From positions 160,001-224,000 of the forward strand of contig CAVTCR010000059.1 in the NCBI GenBank assembly GCA_963733195.1: a stretch of 64,000 nucleotides of DNA, in the 5' to 3' direction. The DNA comes from an uncultured delta proteobacterium. GTDB taxonomy: Bacteria; Desulfobacterota; Binatia; Bin18. The translations under genes and the position numbers were made by a program. Shown piece by piece: positions 30,054 through 40,634 of this stretch. The number at the start of each line of letters is the position of its first letter. Within the stretch, counting starts at the first letter, position 1. The notes beneath the pieces were generated by a model. It did no database searches. It had not been told where the DNA came from and worked only from the letters and a program-made list of their open reading frames with translations.

Positions 30054-30120
30054 AACAAGTCGCAAATAACCAAAAAGGCTGCGGTCCGGTCGCTATCCAG
30101 TCTCAGCCACACTTGAAACA

Positions 30121-30150
30121 GTCGAAGCACGTCTTCAGACGTGCTTCGAC
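30121..30150. terminator. Perfect hairpin between convergent genes
   Basis: GTCGAAGCACGTCT-TC-AGACGTGCTTCGAC. Confidence 0.65.
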
Positions 30151-30195
30151 TTGCTCCAGTTCGTACCCGATGTGTCCTGACTTGTCTTTAACCAA

Positions 30196-30648
30196 TTACG
30201 CCGCTTTGGCTTTCCGCACCGGCTCCGATCGTCCAGCAGAAAGTGCATGGCGTCGACCACTGACACGACGGAAAGGAGAGAGTGCCGCTGTTACACTCGG
30301 TTGTATTTGTCGCGCTTGGAGTACCTCTTTCCAGCGTGAAATGCCGCCACGTAAGTACTCGGCTTCGATATCGAGTGCCGCGCAAATATTCTCAAATGAG
30401 AAGGGCCAACTACTATCCGCCGAGCCAATCCACTCTTCAGTTTCTTTTAGCAATCGGCGCTGTCGGCGTGTCGTTCCGGTGGCTGATTTTTGAAACGTCG
30501 CAATAGCATCTTCCATGACGGCGAGCATCAATCGCTTTTCCGGTTGCGACGAGCGTTCTGCCTTGATCCGATCGAAAAACTGGGAGGGAACAATCAGATC
30601 AGCCTCTAGAGTAGCAAGCACTCGGTCTTCTACAATGTTGTTCATCAT
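30196..30648 (-). CDS. Conserved hypothetical protein
   Basis: GGAGG RBS before ATG 30648; PEKRLMLAVMEDAI...EEWIGSADSSWPFSFENICAALDIEAEYLRGG. Confidence 0.8.
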   Translation of the reverse strand: MMNNIVEDRVLATLEADLIVPSQFFDRIKAERSSQPEKRLMLAVMEDAIATFQKSATGTTRRQRRLLKETEEWIGSADSSWPFSFENICAALDIEAEYLRGGISRWKEVLQARQIQPSVTAALSPFRRVSGRRHALSAGRSEPVRKAKAA

Positions 30649-30726
30649 CGTTGTTCCTCCACTAGGGGGACTATGCCCGTATTGTAATTGGTTACAGACC
30701 CACACCAAAAGCGACCATAAGAAATG

Positions 30727-30743
30727 AGCAGGAACTATGCCAA
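30727..30743 (-). promoter_or_regulatory. Putative sigma54 (-24/-12) promoter
   Basis: Minus strand TTGGCATAGTTCCTGCT, GG-N10-GC spacing. Confidence 0.55.
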
Positions 30744-30963
30744 ACATAAGATGTGAGAGAAGGAGCGGAAGTTTCCCAAAAATGCGATCTGCACGAGTCA
30801 TGGAGCTGGGGTAAAAGAAGACAGAAAAAACATTGTATCTGTCTTAAAATGTTACTGAGGAAAGACCTGTGGATGCTATAAGTCTCCACTGTAGGTTCTT
30901 CTGATGAGTTGGCTGTGGTAGGGTTTGAGGTTCAGGCTTGTTTCTCTTCCGATTGAGTGCCAT

Positions 30964-31389
30964 ATGGTTAACTGGTGGTGGAAAGTCATACTTCTGCTCG
31001 GTGTTCTAACTGTTGGGTGTGTTACCCAAACCGAGCGAATTCCCTACCATCGTTATTATGATCCGCCCGAGAATGAAAGCGTTCTCGATGAATTACGACG
31101 AGAGTTTGGTTGGCAGAAACCACCACCGTGGGTGCGTGAGGAACCACTCTACAAGCGAGCCGCGCGAGGGGTCAAAGAAACAGTAACCAGGTGGTTCCAA
31201 AGAGACGAGTCAATAGGTTCGCTCCCTGGTAGACCCCAGACTGTGCAAGAATTTCAACGAGCCCAGAATGAAACCTTACAACGATTACAGCAGCAGAATG
31301 CGGAAGGAAATTCTCAGGCTGGCGACCCTTCCGGATTAACCAACGACTCGCTCATTCCAAATGCTGGAGGAGCCGCAACTGATGAGTAA
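30964..31389 (+). CDS. Putative lipoprotein
   Basis: MVNWWWKVILLLGVLTVG-C, lipobox-like. Confidence 0.6.
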   Translation: MVNWWWKVILLLGVLTVGCVTQTERIPYHRYYDPPENESVLDELRREFGWQKPPPWVREEPLYKRAARGVKETVTRWFQRDESIGSLPGRPQTVQEFQRAQNETLQRLQQQNAEGNSQAGDPSGLTNDSLIPNAGGAATDE

Positions 31390-31573
31390 GTTGCCTACTC
31401 TCCTTCCACTTTAAGTACAGTTAGCGAATACGGCTTCCACGCCCGATTCTTTTATTGCTCGTCTTGTCAGTTCAGTATGCAGCTTTGGCTCTGAGTCTTC
31501 TGTCTATTTTTTGCCCTTTTTTCGTATGCATCTCCTGTGGTAGGGTAGGCCGCCGACGAGAGGAGGGCGCCGC

Positions 31574-33331
31574 ATGGCAACGCTATCGAGTAACGAAGCA
31601 ACGTATCGTATTGTCGTTGAAAAAGATGTCCCTATGCGCACACGCGATGGGGTGACGCTCTATGCCGATGTGTATCGTCCGGATACGACGGGACGGTTTC
31701 CAGTGTTGGTGATGCGCACTCCGTATGACAAAAGCGTCGATATGGCGCTGACCGAGAAAGACTACTTTCCCTTGCATGGCTACGTGGTTGTCGTTCAAGA
31801 CACGCGCGGACGTTTCCTTTCAGAGGGCGAGTTCTATCCTTTTATCCATGAAGCAGAGGATGGATACGATGCGATTGAGTGGGCCGCTCGCTTACCGTGG
31901 TCAGATGGAAATGTTGGCACCGTAGGACAATCCTATCTGGCCCTCGTCCAGTACTTTGCTGCAACGACGCGACCGCCACATCTGAAAGCGATGAGTCCGG
32001 TCTCAGGACCGGTGACCTATTTTGAGAACTGTGTCTATCGACGTGGCGTGTTTGAATTAGGCTGGATGCTTGCGTACTTCACATCCTTAGCACGTAACAC
32101 TCTTGAGCGAAAAGGTTTATACGAACAGCAGCGTGCCACGCTCGACAGTTATGTGTCACATCCCCACATTCCTATGTCGCCGTTGAAAAGAGAGGAATAC
32201 CGTCACTTGCCGTTACGCGATTGGGAAGAACGGCTCAAAGATGGTGCGCCGTACTTTGCACATCTCTTGCAACATTCCACGGAAGGGTCGTACTGGCATG
32301 CAACCGACATTCGCCGGCAATTTCAGAATATCAACGTGCCGATGTTCCATGTGGGCTCGTGGTACGACGTTTTTCAATATGACACGCTCACCATGTTCAA
32401 TGGTCTCCGCTCACAGGCCATGACTGCCGAAGCACGGCGTTGTCAGAAGTTGTTAATGGGACCGTGGGGTCATCTCGTTCCCTACGCGACGCCGACCTCG
32501 AAAGGAACAGGTGAGATCGACTTTGGACCAGAAGCCCTCATCGAACTCCACGATATGCAGCTACGCTGGTTCGATTACTTTCTGAAGGGTGTGAACAATA
32601 GCATTCTCGACGAGCCACCAATCCGACTGTTTGTGATGGGTGACAATCATTGGCGGGATGAGTACGAATGGCCACTGGCTCGCACCCGATACACGAATGT
32701 ATATCTGCACAGCAATGGCAAAGCGAACAGCCTGAGAGGGAATGGCACGCTTTCGTTCCTCACGCCGACTGAAGAGCAACCCGATCGCTATGTGTATGAT
32801 CCTAACGATCCGGTACCGACACGTGGTGGCACGACCCTCGGTATTGCGTTAGGGGTCTTCGATCAAAACAAAATCGAAGACCGTGAAGACGTGCTTGTCT
32901 ACACAAGCGAGACCCTCGCGGCTGCTCTGGAGGTGACAGGACCGGTTACACTGAAACTCTTTGCCGCTTCGTCTGCTCTGGATACTGACTTTACTGCTAA
33001 ATTGGTAGATGTCCGGCCCGATGGCTATGCACAGAATATTGTCGAAGGCGTGCTTCGTGCACGCTTCCGTGGGTCTCTCTCTGCTCCGACACTCATCACA
33101 CCGGAGAAAGTATACGAGTATACGATCGACCTCTGGGCAACGAGTCATGTATTCAAAGCTGGCCATCGTCTACGGTTGGAAGTATCGTCGAGTAACTTCC
33201 CGCGTTACGATCGAAACCCTAATACTGGTCACGAATTTGGTCTCGATGCTGAAGTGCATGTCGCGCAACAGACGATCTTTCACGATAGTCGTTATCCGTC
33301 ACACCTGATCCTTCCGGTGATACCGAGGTAG
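31574..33331 (+). CDS. CocE/NonD-family hydrolase
   Basis: MRTPYDK, QDTRGRFLSEG, GQSY nucleophile, GSWYD, GPWGH, SSSNFPRYDRN. Confidence 0.93.
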   Translation: MATLSSNEATYRIVVEKDVPMRTRDGVTLYADVYRPDTTGRFPVLVMRTPYDKSVDMALTEKDYFPLHGYVVVVQDTRGRFLSEGEFYPFIHEAEDGYDAIEWAARLPWSDGNVGTVGQSYLALVQYFAATTRPPHLKAMSPVSGPVTYFENCVYRRGVFELGWMLAYFTSLARNTLERKGLYEQQRATLDSYVSHPHIPMSPLKREEYRHLPLRDWEERLKDGAPYFAHLLQHSTEGSYWHATDIRRQFQNINVPMFHVGSWYDVFQYDTLTMFNGLRSQAMTAEARRCQKLLMGPWGHLVPYATPTSKGTGEIDFGPEALIELHDMQLRWFDYFLKGVNNSILDEPPIRLFVMGDNHWRDEYEWPLARTRYTNVYLHSNGKANSLRGNGTLSFLTPTEEQPDRYVYDPNDPVPTRGGTTLGIALGVFDQNKIEDREDVLVYTSETLAAALEVTGPVTLKLFAASSALDTDFTAKLVDVRPDGYAQNIVEGVLRARFRGSLSAPTLITPEKVYEYTIDLWATSHVFKAGHRLRLEVSSSNFPRYDRNPNTGHEFGLDAEVHVAQQTIFHDSRYPSHLILPVIPR

Positions 33332-33335
33332 AAGT

Positions 33336-34580
33336 GTGAAGCAATTATATAAAGCAGCCCTGCTGTTCTCCTTGTTACTGCCCCGCTCCCTTGCGCTGGC
33401 TGCCCCTATACACGAGGCAGCAATAAAGGGCGATTTAGCTGAAGTCAGGAACCTCCTTACTCACGGAGCCACTCTCGCTGCCACTAACTCTCAGGGAGAG
33501 ACTGTTCTTCATCTTGCAGTCAAACATGGGCACAAACGAATAGTGAACTTCTTACTGACTCACGAAGTAAATGTGAACGCGCAGACCCTCTCTGGAGACA
33601 CGCCGCTCCATTACGCTGCAGAAACAGGGCAACCTGAGTTCGTAGAAGTTCTTCTTGCGCACGGCGCGAACGTCCATGCACGCAATCGTCAGCATTGGAC
33701 ATTTCTTCCTCTTGCTGGAGGAGAGCGGAATACGGAGATCGTCAAATTCCTTAGTGTCGCAGGAGAGGAGGAAGTTGCGGGGAAGAATCGTGGCGAAACT
33801 CCGCTTCATCGAGCATCACAAAGCGGAAATGAGCAAACCGTCCGAGCACTTCTCACTCATGGTGCAGATGTTAACGCCAGAAGCATGTATAATGGACAAT
33901 CCCCGTTGCATCTCGCGGCAGCGAATGGGAATCCGGCTGTCCTTGCTCTCTTACTCGCGCACGGAGCTGATATTGATGTTCGCATGGCCTTTGCGCTTAC
34001 GCCAACCGACGATGTGAAGTATTTGCTCACCCCGCTTCACCTTGCGGTGTTAGCCGCACGTGTAGAGGCAACGAAGATTCTTCTTGCTGCCTCTGCCAAT
34101 GTGAATGAACGGGTCCAGGCAGAAGAGAATGCTACGCTGCTATCTGCAGACGCGTACGCTGGTGATTTCAATCGTCTGACCGAGCTTGGCTCTCTCGCTA
34201 ACTGTACACCGCTACATCTCGCAGCAGTGATCGGACGGCAGGAAGTAGTTGAAACCTTGCTCGCCCAAGGTGCACAGGTCAATGCGACCGATACTTTTGG
34301 CCGTACTCCTCTCCACTTCTCTTCGTTATGGAACAACAATGTGACTGTAGCCGAGCAGCTGTTGACGCATGGTGCCACTGTCGACGCAAGAGATCGTGAC
34401 GGAGCGACTCCACTCCAGACGGCTCTCCTAAAGAGACGAAAGTCGCTTGCCGAGTTGTTGCTCGTGTATGGTGCCGACCCAAAAACTCAGAAAGAAAGAA
34501 AACAAGAAGTGAAAAGTGCCCCCGTTCAGAAGCAATTACTTCCGGTCCGAACATTGTTGCCGACTGAGCGCTCTTGGTAG
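33336..34580 (+). CDS. Secreted ankyrin-repeat protein
   Basis: Signal peptide and about 9 G.TPLH.AA repeats. Confidence 0.88.
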   Translation: MKQLYKAALLFSLLLPRSLALAAPIHEAAIKGDLAEVRNLLTHGATLAATNSQGETVLHLAVKHGHKRIVNFLLTHEVNVNAQTLSGDTPLHYAAETGQPEFVEVLLAHGANVHARNRQHWTFLPLAGGERNTEIVKFLSVAGEEEVAGKNRGETPLHRASQSGNEQTVRALLTHGADVNARSMYNGQSPLHLAAANGNPAVLALLLAHGADIDVRMAFALTPTDDVKYLLTPLHLAVLAARVEATKILLAASANVNERVQAEENATLLSADAYAGDFNRLTELGSLANCTPLHLAAVIGRQEVVETLLAQGAQVNATDTFGRTPLHFSSLWNNNVTVAEQLLTHGATVDARDRDGATPLQTALLKRRKSLAELLLVYGADPKTQKERKQEVKSAPVQKQLLPVRTLLPTERSW

Positions 34581-34689
34581 ATCAGAATACCGATACGTTT
34601 CACGGAGAGAATGCGCAGGACTATAAGATGAACGAGTTGAGAGAGACGAAACAGCAAGTATCAAGGTGTTCTGGATATAAAGGAGGAGT

Positions 34690-35793
34690 ATGAACGCACT
34701 GGTTGTTGGTGGTACTGGACCGACGGGGCCATTCATCGTGAATGGGTTGTTACAGCGCGGCTACAAGGTCACGATTTTTCATCGTGGAACGCACGAGATT
34801 CCTGAGATTCCCTCAGAGGTGGAACACATTCATGGTGACCCGCACTTCCGAGAGACCATCGATGATGCGTTGAAAGGCCGGACCTTTGATCTTGCCGTGG
34901 TCACCTACGGACGTATTCGCTTTGCGGCTGAAGCGTTAGTTGGGAAAATCGGCCGCTTTATCGGCATAGGTGGCGTGGCTGCCTATCGAGGATACATGCA
35001 CCCTCAGGTGCTCTTTCCTACAGGTTTGCCAGTACCAACCCCAGAAAACTTTCCAGTGGTGGCAAATGAAGAGGAGCTACGTTTTTCTTACCTTATTGCA
35101 ATGACAGAACAAGCAGTGTTAGATACGCACCCCACTGCTGCCTACTTTCGTTATCCGTATATCTATGGGCCGTATCAACTGATTCCGCGGGAGTGGTGTG
35201 TGATGCGGCGGATTCTCGACAAACGCCCGCATATCATCTTACCGGATGGTGGACTGACGCTTGCCACGCATGGGTACGCTGGCAACATGGGGCATGCGGT
35301 CTTGTTGGCCGTGGATAATCCCAAAGCATCTGCTGGTCAGATCTACAACTGTGGCGATGACCAAACGTTGACCTTGCGGCAGACAGTTGAGATCATTGCC
35401 AAGGCGATGAATCATGAGTGGGAGATCGTTGATATTCCCAACGCCGTCGCGATTCCGTCCCGACCCTATGCACTGCAAGAGTCCTCGCATCATCGCATGA
35501 TGGATCTGTTCAAGATCAAGACAGAGATCGGGTATACTGACATTGTATCTCCAGAGGAAGGATTGAGAAGAACCGTGCAATGGTTACTGAACAACAGACC
35601 AACACCTGGTGATGAAGTCGAAATACGTCTGCAGGATCCATTTGATTATGCTGGTGAAGATCGCTTAATTGCAGTCTACAAAGAGAGCATGCAACGCATG
35701 GCTGCCGTTCCGTTCAATATTGATACCAGCCGCCCGCATCCGTATGCTCATCCGAAGGAGCCAGGGCAAAGCCGAGACCATCGAGCGCGCTGA
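34690..35793 (+). CDS. NAD-dependent epimerase/dehydratase (atypical SDR)
   Basis: LVVGGTGPTG Rossmann motif, YPYIYGP, IYNCGD. Confidence 0.85.
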   Translation: MNALVVGGTGPTGPFIVNGLLQRGYKVTIFHRGTHEIPEIPSEVEHIHGDPHFRETIDDALKGRTFDLAVVTYGRIRFAAEALVGKIGRFIGIGGVAAYRGYMHPQVLFPTGLPVPTPENFPVVANEEELRFSYLIAMTEQAVLDTHPTAAYFRYPYIYGPYQLIPREWCVMRRILDKRPHIILPDGGLTLATHGYAGNMGHAVLLAVDNPKASAGQIYNCGDDQTLTLRQTVEIIAKAMNHEWEIVDIPNAVAIPSRPYALQESSHHRMMDLFKIKTEIGYTDIVSPEEGLRRTVQWLLNNRPTPGDEVEIRLQDPFDYAGEDRLIAVYKESMQRMAAVPFNIDTSRPHPYAHPKEPGQSRDHRAR

Positions 35794-35798
35794 CGAAT

Positions 35799-36526
35799 AT
35801 GAAACCAATCCTCATTCTGAAAACTGGTGAACTGCCGCGACGCGTCGTAGAAAATCTTGGGCCGTATGAAAATGCGTTCCTGCGGGTCGTTGGCCAGGAG
35901 CGCTGTGTGGTTGTCGATGCACGGAAAGAAGAGTTGTCGGAGCTGGACTGGGCAGGAATTATCATCACTGGCTCTCCAGCCTCGACGTATGACGGTGAGG
36001 CATGGATAACGCGAAGTGAAGAATTTCTCAAACGCGCTGCAGATCACTCAATCCCGCTGTATGGAGTGTGCTTTGGTCATCAACTGCTTGCTCAAACGTT
36101 TGGTGGCAAAGTCGAGAAATGTCCACGAGGATGGGAGTTGGGAACAGTCACCGTCGACACAGACCGAACACGCGAAACAATCCCTTGTTTGCCTCAGTTC
36201 CGGAGCAATTCATCGCACAGATGAGTCATGGCGATGTCGTGACCGAATTGCCACCTGGTGCTGTAGTCCTCGCGCAGAATGATCATTGGACCGATCAAGC
36301 GTTTACGCTCGGTGATCGTATCTGGGGAACGCAATTTCACTCAGAGTTCACTCCGCAGATTGTTCAAGATTTGATCCATTCTCTGACGCCGGTATTATCG
36401 CCTGAAGTATTTCACCGGCGACCTGACGGGCAGCCGGTGCGTGAGTGGTTGCTCTCAACCGTACAAGAGGCTCCGATGGCGCGACGATGTCTGGAGAATT
36501 TTGTCAGAATTGTTGAGAAAATTTAA
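35799..36526 (+). CDS. Class I glutamine amidotransferase-like protein; frameshift near 36170
   Basis: ITGSPAS and GVCFGHQ, then SHGDVV and GTQFHSE in a second frame. Confidence 0.85.
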
Positions 36527-37267
36527 GGCCGCAAATACGACAACCGCACCTGACCAGAAACAATCGCTTGCGTAGCGTGAGCCATCGCTTCTAGCGTCGT
36601 CTACTGTCATCCACGTGCCGGTGTGGATAAATCCGTACACCGGCTCACCAGCGCGGAGCATCGTGGGATACGTCTCACGGGTCGAACTGAATGGTTTGAC
36701 CTCTGGCATGAAGTCAAAAACCCGTGGCTCAAGGATCTGACAACCTGTGAACATATATTGAGAAAGTGGCTCTTTGATCTGAATTTCACTGGGCTCGCCA
36801 CGAATACGACGAAGGCGACCACTAGAGTCGGTTTCTAGAAGACCGTAGCTTGTTGCCTCTGGATCAGGACGGAGGACCAACGTTGCGACTGATTTCGTTT
36901 TTCGGTGCGCAGTCGCAAGTGCATTGAGGTCAAGGTCGAGAATCGTGTCGCAATTGAGCACGAGAAAAGTTTCGTCGTCGAGGAATGGCTGGGCTTTCTT
37001 GATTCCGCCACCGGATTCGAGGATCGGATCTTCCGGCGAGTACGTAATACGCAGCCCGTATGCACTTCCATCCCCAAGCGCTTCGCGAATCGTATTGCCG
37101 AGATGATGCAGGTTAATGACAACGTTCTCGATGCCGTACGCTTTGAGTAACAACAAGTTGTACTCAATCAACGGACGACCAGCGACCGAGACCAACGCTT
37201 TCGGAACGGTATTCGTGAGTGGACGTAACCGGGTACCAAACCCAGCTGCAAGAATCATCGCACGCAT
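36523..37267 (-). CDS. MurU-like nucleotidyltransferase; frameshift near the 3' end
   Basis: MRAMILAAGFGTRLRPLTNTVPKAL, ESGGG, LNCD; directly downstream of the AmgK-like kinase. Confidence 0.82.
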
Positions 37268-37271
37268 CGGC

Positions 37272-38342
37272 TTACTCGGGGAAGTGCGAGGCAATAATTT
37301 CTTGCAGTCGTCGGTACTGTGGCAAACGCGCAACGACACGACGAACCGTTGCCAGTGTCGGCGGAATGTATCGACTGTAGCCCAGTCTTCTTTTTTTCGA
37401 GCTCTAAGATAATAGAATCGTCCCACTACTTTACTCGCCTTCTGTAATAAGACACAGGTTGTACTCTTCCCACATTTGCTCTTGTGCGATCGATGATCCG
37501 CCACTGTCATGCCAGGCGATGTGATAGTAATTGACGAGTGTTTGCTCGAGTGCTGGGGAAATCACCGTTGGAGTATCACGGTCGTTGAGCAACGTTTCCA
37601 GATCATACGTTGCTGGAGCAAGCAGAGCATCCTGGAAATCAATGACACGAATCTCGTCGTTTTGTACGAACAAGTTCCAACTGTGATAATCGCGATGATT
37701 GAGAAACCGTGGGGCTTGATCGAGACGCGTGGAAATCTCGTCAAACATGGCTGCGCAATTCTTTTCCTTCGGCAGCGGACAGCGGTTTCCCTTCCCGTTT
37801 TTCGAGACCCCACTCAATGAAATGCTCAAACTCCCACATGAACAGCCGGTGATCAAACGCTTGCTGAAAGGCGATGCACGACTCGTCTCCACGACGAGTA
37901 CCTTCGACTTGCAGGCGCACGAGCTGATCGATCGCTTTCTTATACAAGTCGTCAATCTGTGAGGCTGGAAGTCCTTGCGCGGCTTCGCGGAGGGGAACAT
38001 CGCCGATATCTTCCAAGAGTAGGAAGCCATCTTTACTGCCATCGTAGTATGTTTCTGGAACGGTTACTCCGAGTGTTCTGAGGAAGCGATAGACATTGAG
38101 ATACGGCAGTTCTTTCAATGGTTCCTTGAACACGGCAAGTTCATCGGAAGAGAGTGGCAACGCGCTGCCTGCCAACATCATGACGACAATTGTTGCTGGA
38201 CCACTACCGGTGAGATGAAGGCGAGCATAACTGCGGCTAGAGGCGTCACCGGTCAGCGGAACGACCTTGCAATGACTGTTATCTGTTGCCCCCACGTTTT
38301 TGCCACTGCCGCGTCGATAGCATGGCGAAGTTTTGCTTCCAT
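37272..38342 (-). CDS. AmgK-like aminoglycoside-phosphotransferase-fold kinase; several frameshifts
   Basis: GDASSRSY, LLLEDIGD, HRDYHSWNL, IDFQDALL and KVVGRFYYL spread over three frames; ATG 38342 (MEAKLRHAI). Confidence 0.8.
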
Positions 38343-38434
38343 AACGATAGGGAGTAGCAATCCACTTCTACGCTGTCAAAGCCTCTCGGGAAGTTTGAGT
38401 TGCAAAACAACGAGGCATGTGATGAGAAGATCGC

Positions 38435-38686
38435 ATGCCAGTCGATTGCGATATTTCTGCCCTCAGCCATTCCGAGCTTGTCGCGCTGGTTCACCAACTA
38501 CATCACCATGTTGCTCAACTAGAGCAGGAGATTGCCCAGTTGAAAGGCCAACTGCAAGGCGATGTGGCAACGTCAGTGACTGAAGATTTGCTCTCCACAT
38601 TAGAGCAACCTATAAACGAAGATCCTCCACCGGGAAGCCACGAAGATTTGCTGGTGCAGTTAGACAAGATGTATCCTGAGGAGTGA
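38435..38686 (+). CDS. Small coiled-coil hypothetical protein
   Basis: LSHSELVALVHQLHHHVAQLEQEIAQLKGQL heptads. Confidence 0.55.
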   Translation: MPVDCDISALSHSELVALVHQLHHHVAQLEQEIAQLKGQLQGDVATSVTEDLLSTLEQPINEDPPPGSHEDLLVQLDKMYPEE

Positions 38687-38712
38687 TACCGTCCTTGTGG
38701 GAGTTTCTCCCT

Positions 38713-39222
38713 TTATAGCGGTCCGCCTTTGATCTTTTCGAACAACTTACGATTCTGCTCATCAAGCACGATGCTTTCCATGATCGCACCAATGGCGGCT
38801 TCGGTGTCGAAGTAGGCAAACTTAACACCTGGGTTATTACCGATCCGGCCACTTTGAATCACAGGAAAACCATTGGCGGTGAAATCGGCGATGACTTTGT
38901 CATGATCTGGGACGATAAACCCGAGGTGGTGCAATCCTTCCCCTCTTTTGTCGAGAAACTCTTTGTAAATGCTGCGACCGGAAAGATGTTGGATCAATTC
39001 GATTTGCGAATTGCCCGCATAACCAATGGCAATGTGTATGTGAAAATCCCCAGGGCCACCACGATACGTTGCTTCGTGAACTTCCACATCGTTGAAACGA
39101 AAGAACTTGGGAACACCCAACTTTTCAGTGAAGAAGCGTTCCGCCGCAATGAGGTCTTTTACGACAAAAGCAGTCTGATGATGTCCCGCAGCAATGTACG
39201 TGTAGGGTGATGTTGCCGCCAT
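38713..39222 (-). CDS. VOC-family protein (methylmalonyl-CoA epimerase-like)
   Basis: HQTAFVVKDL, QIELIQ, GEGLHHLGF, FAYFDT; AGGAGG RBS. Confidence 0.87.
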   Translation of the reverse strand: MAATSPYTYIAAGHHQTAFVVKDLIAAERFFTEKLGVPKFFRFNDVEVHEATYRGGPGDFHIHIAIGYAGNSQIELIQHLSGRSIYKEFLDKRGEGLHHLGFIVPDHDKVIADFTANGFPVIQSGRIGNNPGVKFAYFDTEAAIGAIMESIVLDEQNRKLFEKIKGGPL

Positions 39223-39332
39223 CGTCTTCCCTCCTCCTTTTTTTCTGTTGCCAATTCTTATGACGCCAAAGAGGGGCATATTGCAATCCGCCCCTACCGC
39301 TGGCTAAGGTAGGGCCGCAACGAGGGAGCACT

Positions 39333-40517
39333 ATGGATTTTAACTTTTCCCCTGAAGAAGAAGCCTTTCGCCAAGAGGTACGTACCTGGCTGCAGGGAAA
39401 CCTCCCAAAGGACTTCGATCCTGAAAAAATCGATGCGATCGACCTTGAAACCCGTTTCGATTTTCAACGAGCGTGGCAGAGAAAAGCGCATGAAGGCGGT
39501 TGGGTTGGGATTCACTGGCCGAAGGAGTACGGTGGGCGCGGTGCGAGTCTGATGGAGATGTTCATTTTCAATCAGGAACTGGCGAAAGTGCGTGCACCTC
39601 GTTATGCGAATACCCTGGGCCTCATCATGTCGGGTCCGACGCTTATTCACTGGGGAACTGAGGAGCAAAAGAAACGCTACTTGCCGAAAATTCTCTCGGG
39701 TGAGGAAATCTGGTGCGAAGGGCTGTCGGAGCCGAACGCAGGGTCAGACCTTGCATCAATGCAAACGCGTGCGGTTGAAGATGGCGATTTCTTTGTCATC
39801 AATGGACAAAAGGTATGGACCAGTTATGCGCACCGTGCCAACTACATCCAACTTTTTGTGCGTACTGACCCTGACTCGCCGAAGCACCGTGGCATTAGTT
39901 GTCTAATTGTCGATATGAAAACGCCGGGCATCACGGTGCGACCGCTCGTTCAAATCACCGGGGATGCTGAATTCAACGAAGTATTCTTTGAAGATGTGCG
40001 GGTACCAAAAATCAACCTGCTTGGGCCAAAAGATGAAGGGTGGAAAGTCTTGGTAACGACGTTGATGCACGAGCGGGCGGGCATCGGTTCGGATTTGCCC
40101 GTACATCGACATCTAACGGAGCTGATCCGACTCTGTCAGATTTTTGAAATCAATGGGAAGCCGGCGAGCAAAGATCCAATGGTACGACAGAAATTGGCGC
40201 AATTCGCGGCAGAGAGCCAGGCGATTACCTACAATATGTTTCGCAGTTTCAGCAAACGTCTCAAGGGAAATCCGCCAGGACCGGAAGGGTCGATAAACAA
40301 ACTGTTTGGCTCTGATCTCAATATGCGTATTGCGCAATTTGCCACCGAACTGCTTGGGCCGTATGCGCAAGTCGTGCAAGGGTCCTCGTATGCGGTCGAT
40401 CATGGTCGCTGGCCACGTGCAGCATTGTGGTACCGTCTGCTCACGATTGGGGGTGGCACTTCTGAGATTCAACGTGGGATTCTGGGAGATCGGATGTTGG
40501 GGTTACCGAAAGGGTAG
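39333..40517 (+). CDS. Acyl-CoA dehydrogenase family protein
   Basis: WCEGLSEPNAGSDLAS, NGQKVWTS, FNEVFFEDV, TIGGGTSEIQR. Confidence 0.93.
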   Translation: MDFNFSPEEEAFRQEVRTWLQGNLPKDFDPEKIDAIDLETRFDFQRAWQRKAHEGGWVGIHWPKEYGGRGASLMEMFIFNQELAKVRAPRYANTLGLIMSGPTLIHWGTEEQKKRYLPKILSGEEIWCEGLSEPNAGSDLASMQTRAVEDGDFFVINGQKVWTSYAHRANYIQLFVRTDPDSPKHRGISCLIVDMKTPGITVRPLVQITGDAEFNEVFFEDVRVPKINLLGPKDEGWKVLVTTLMHERAGIGSDLPVHRHLTELIRLCQIFEINGKPASKDPMVRQKLAQFAAESQAITYNMFRSFSKRLKGNPPGPEGSINKLFGSDLNMRIAQFATELLGPYAQVVQGSSYAVDHGRWPRAALWYRLLTIGGGTSEIQRGILGDRMLGLPKG

Positions 40518-40611
40518 GCAGTGATCAGTTGTCAGTTACCAGTTGCCAATGAGGAAGGGGACAATTCTTCTCTGCCCTACTGACAACTGACCACTGAGAA
40601 CTGACAACTTT
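40517..40611. repeat. Inverted pair of heptamer arrays (NNCAGTK / NACTGAS)
   Basis: GGCAGTG ATCAGTT GTCAGTT ACCAGTT GCCAATG...TACTGAC AACTGAC CACTGAG AACTGAC; IR AGTTGTCAGTT / AACTGACAACT. Confidence 0.8.
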
Positions 40612-40634
40612 CTAAGAAAAAAGGAGGAATGACA

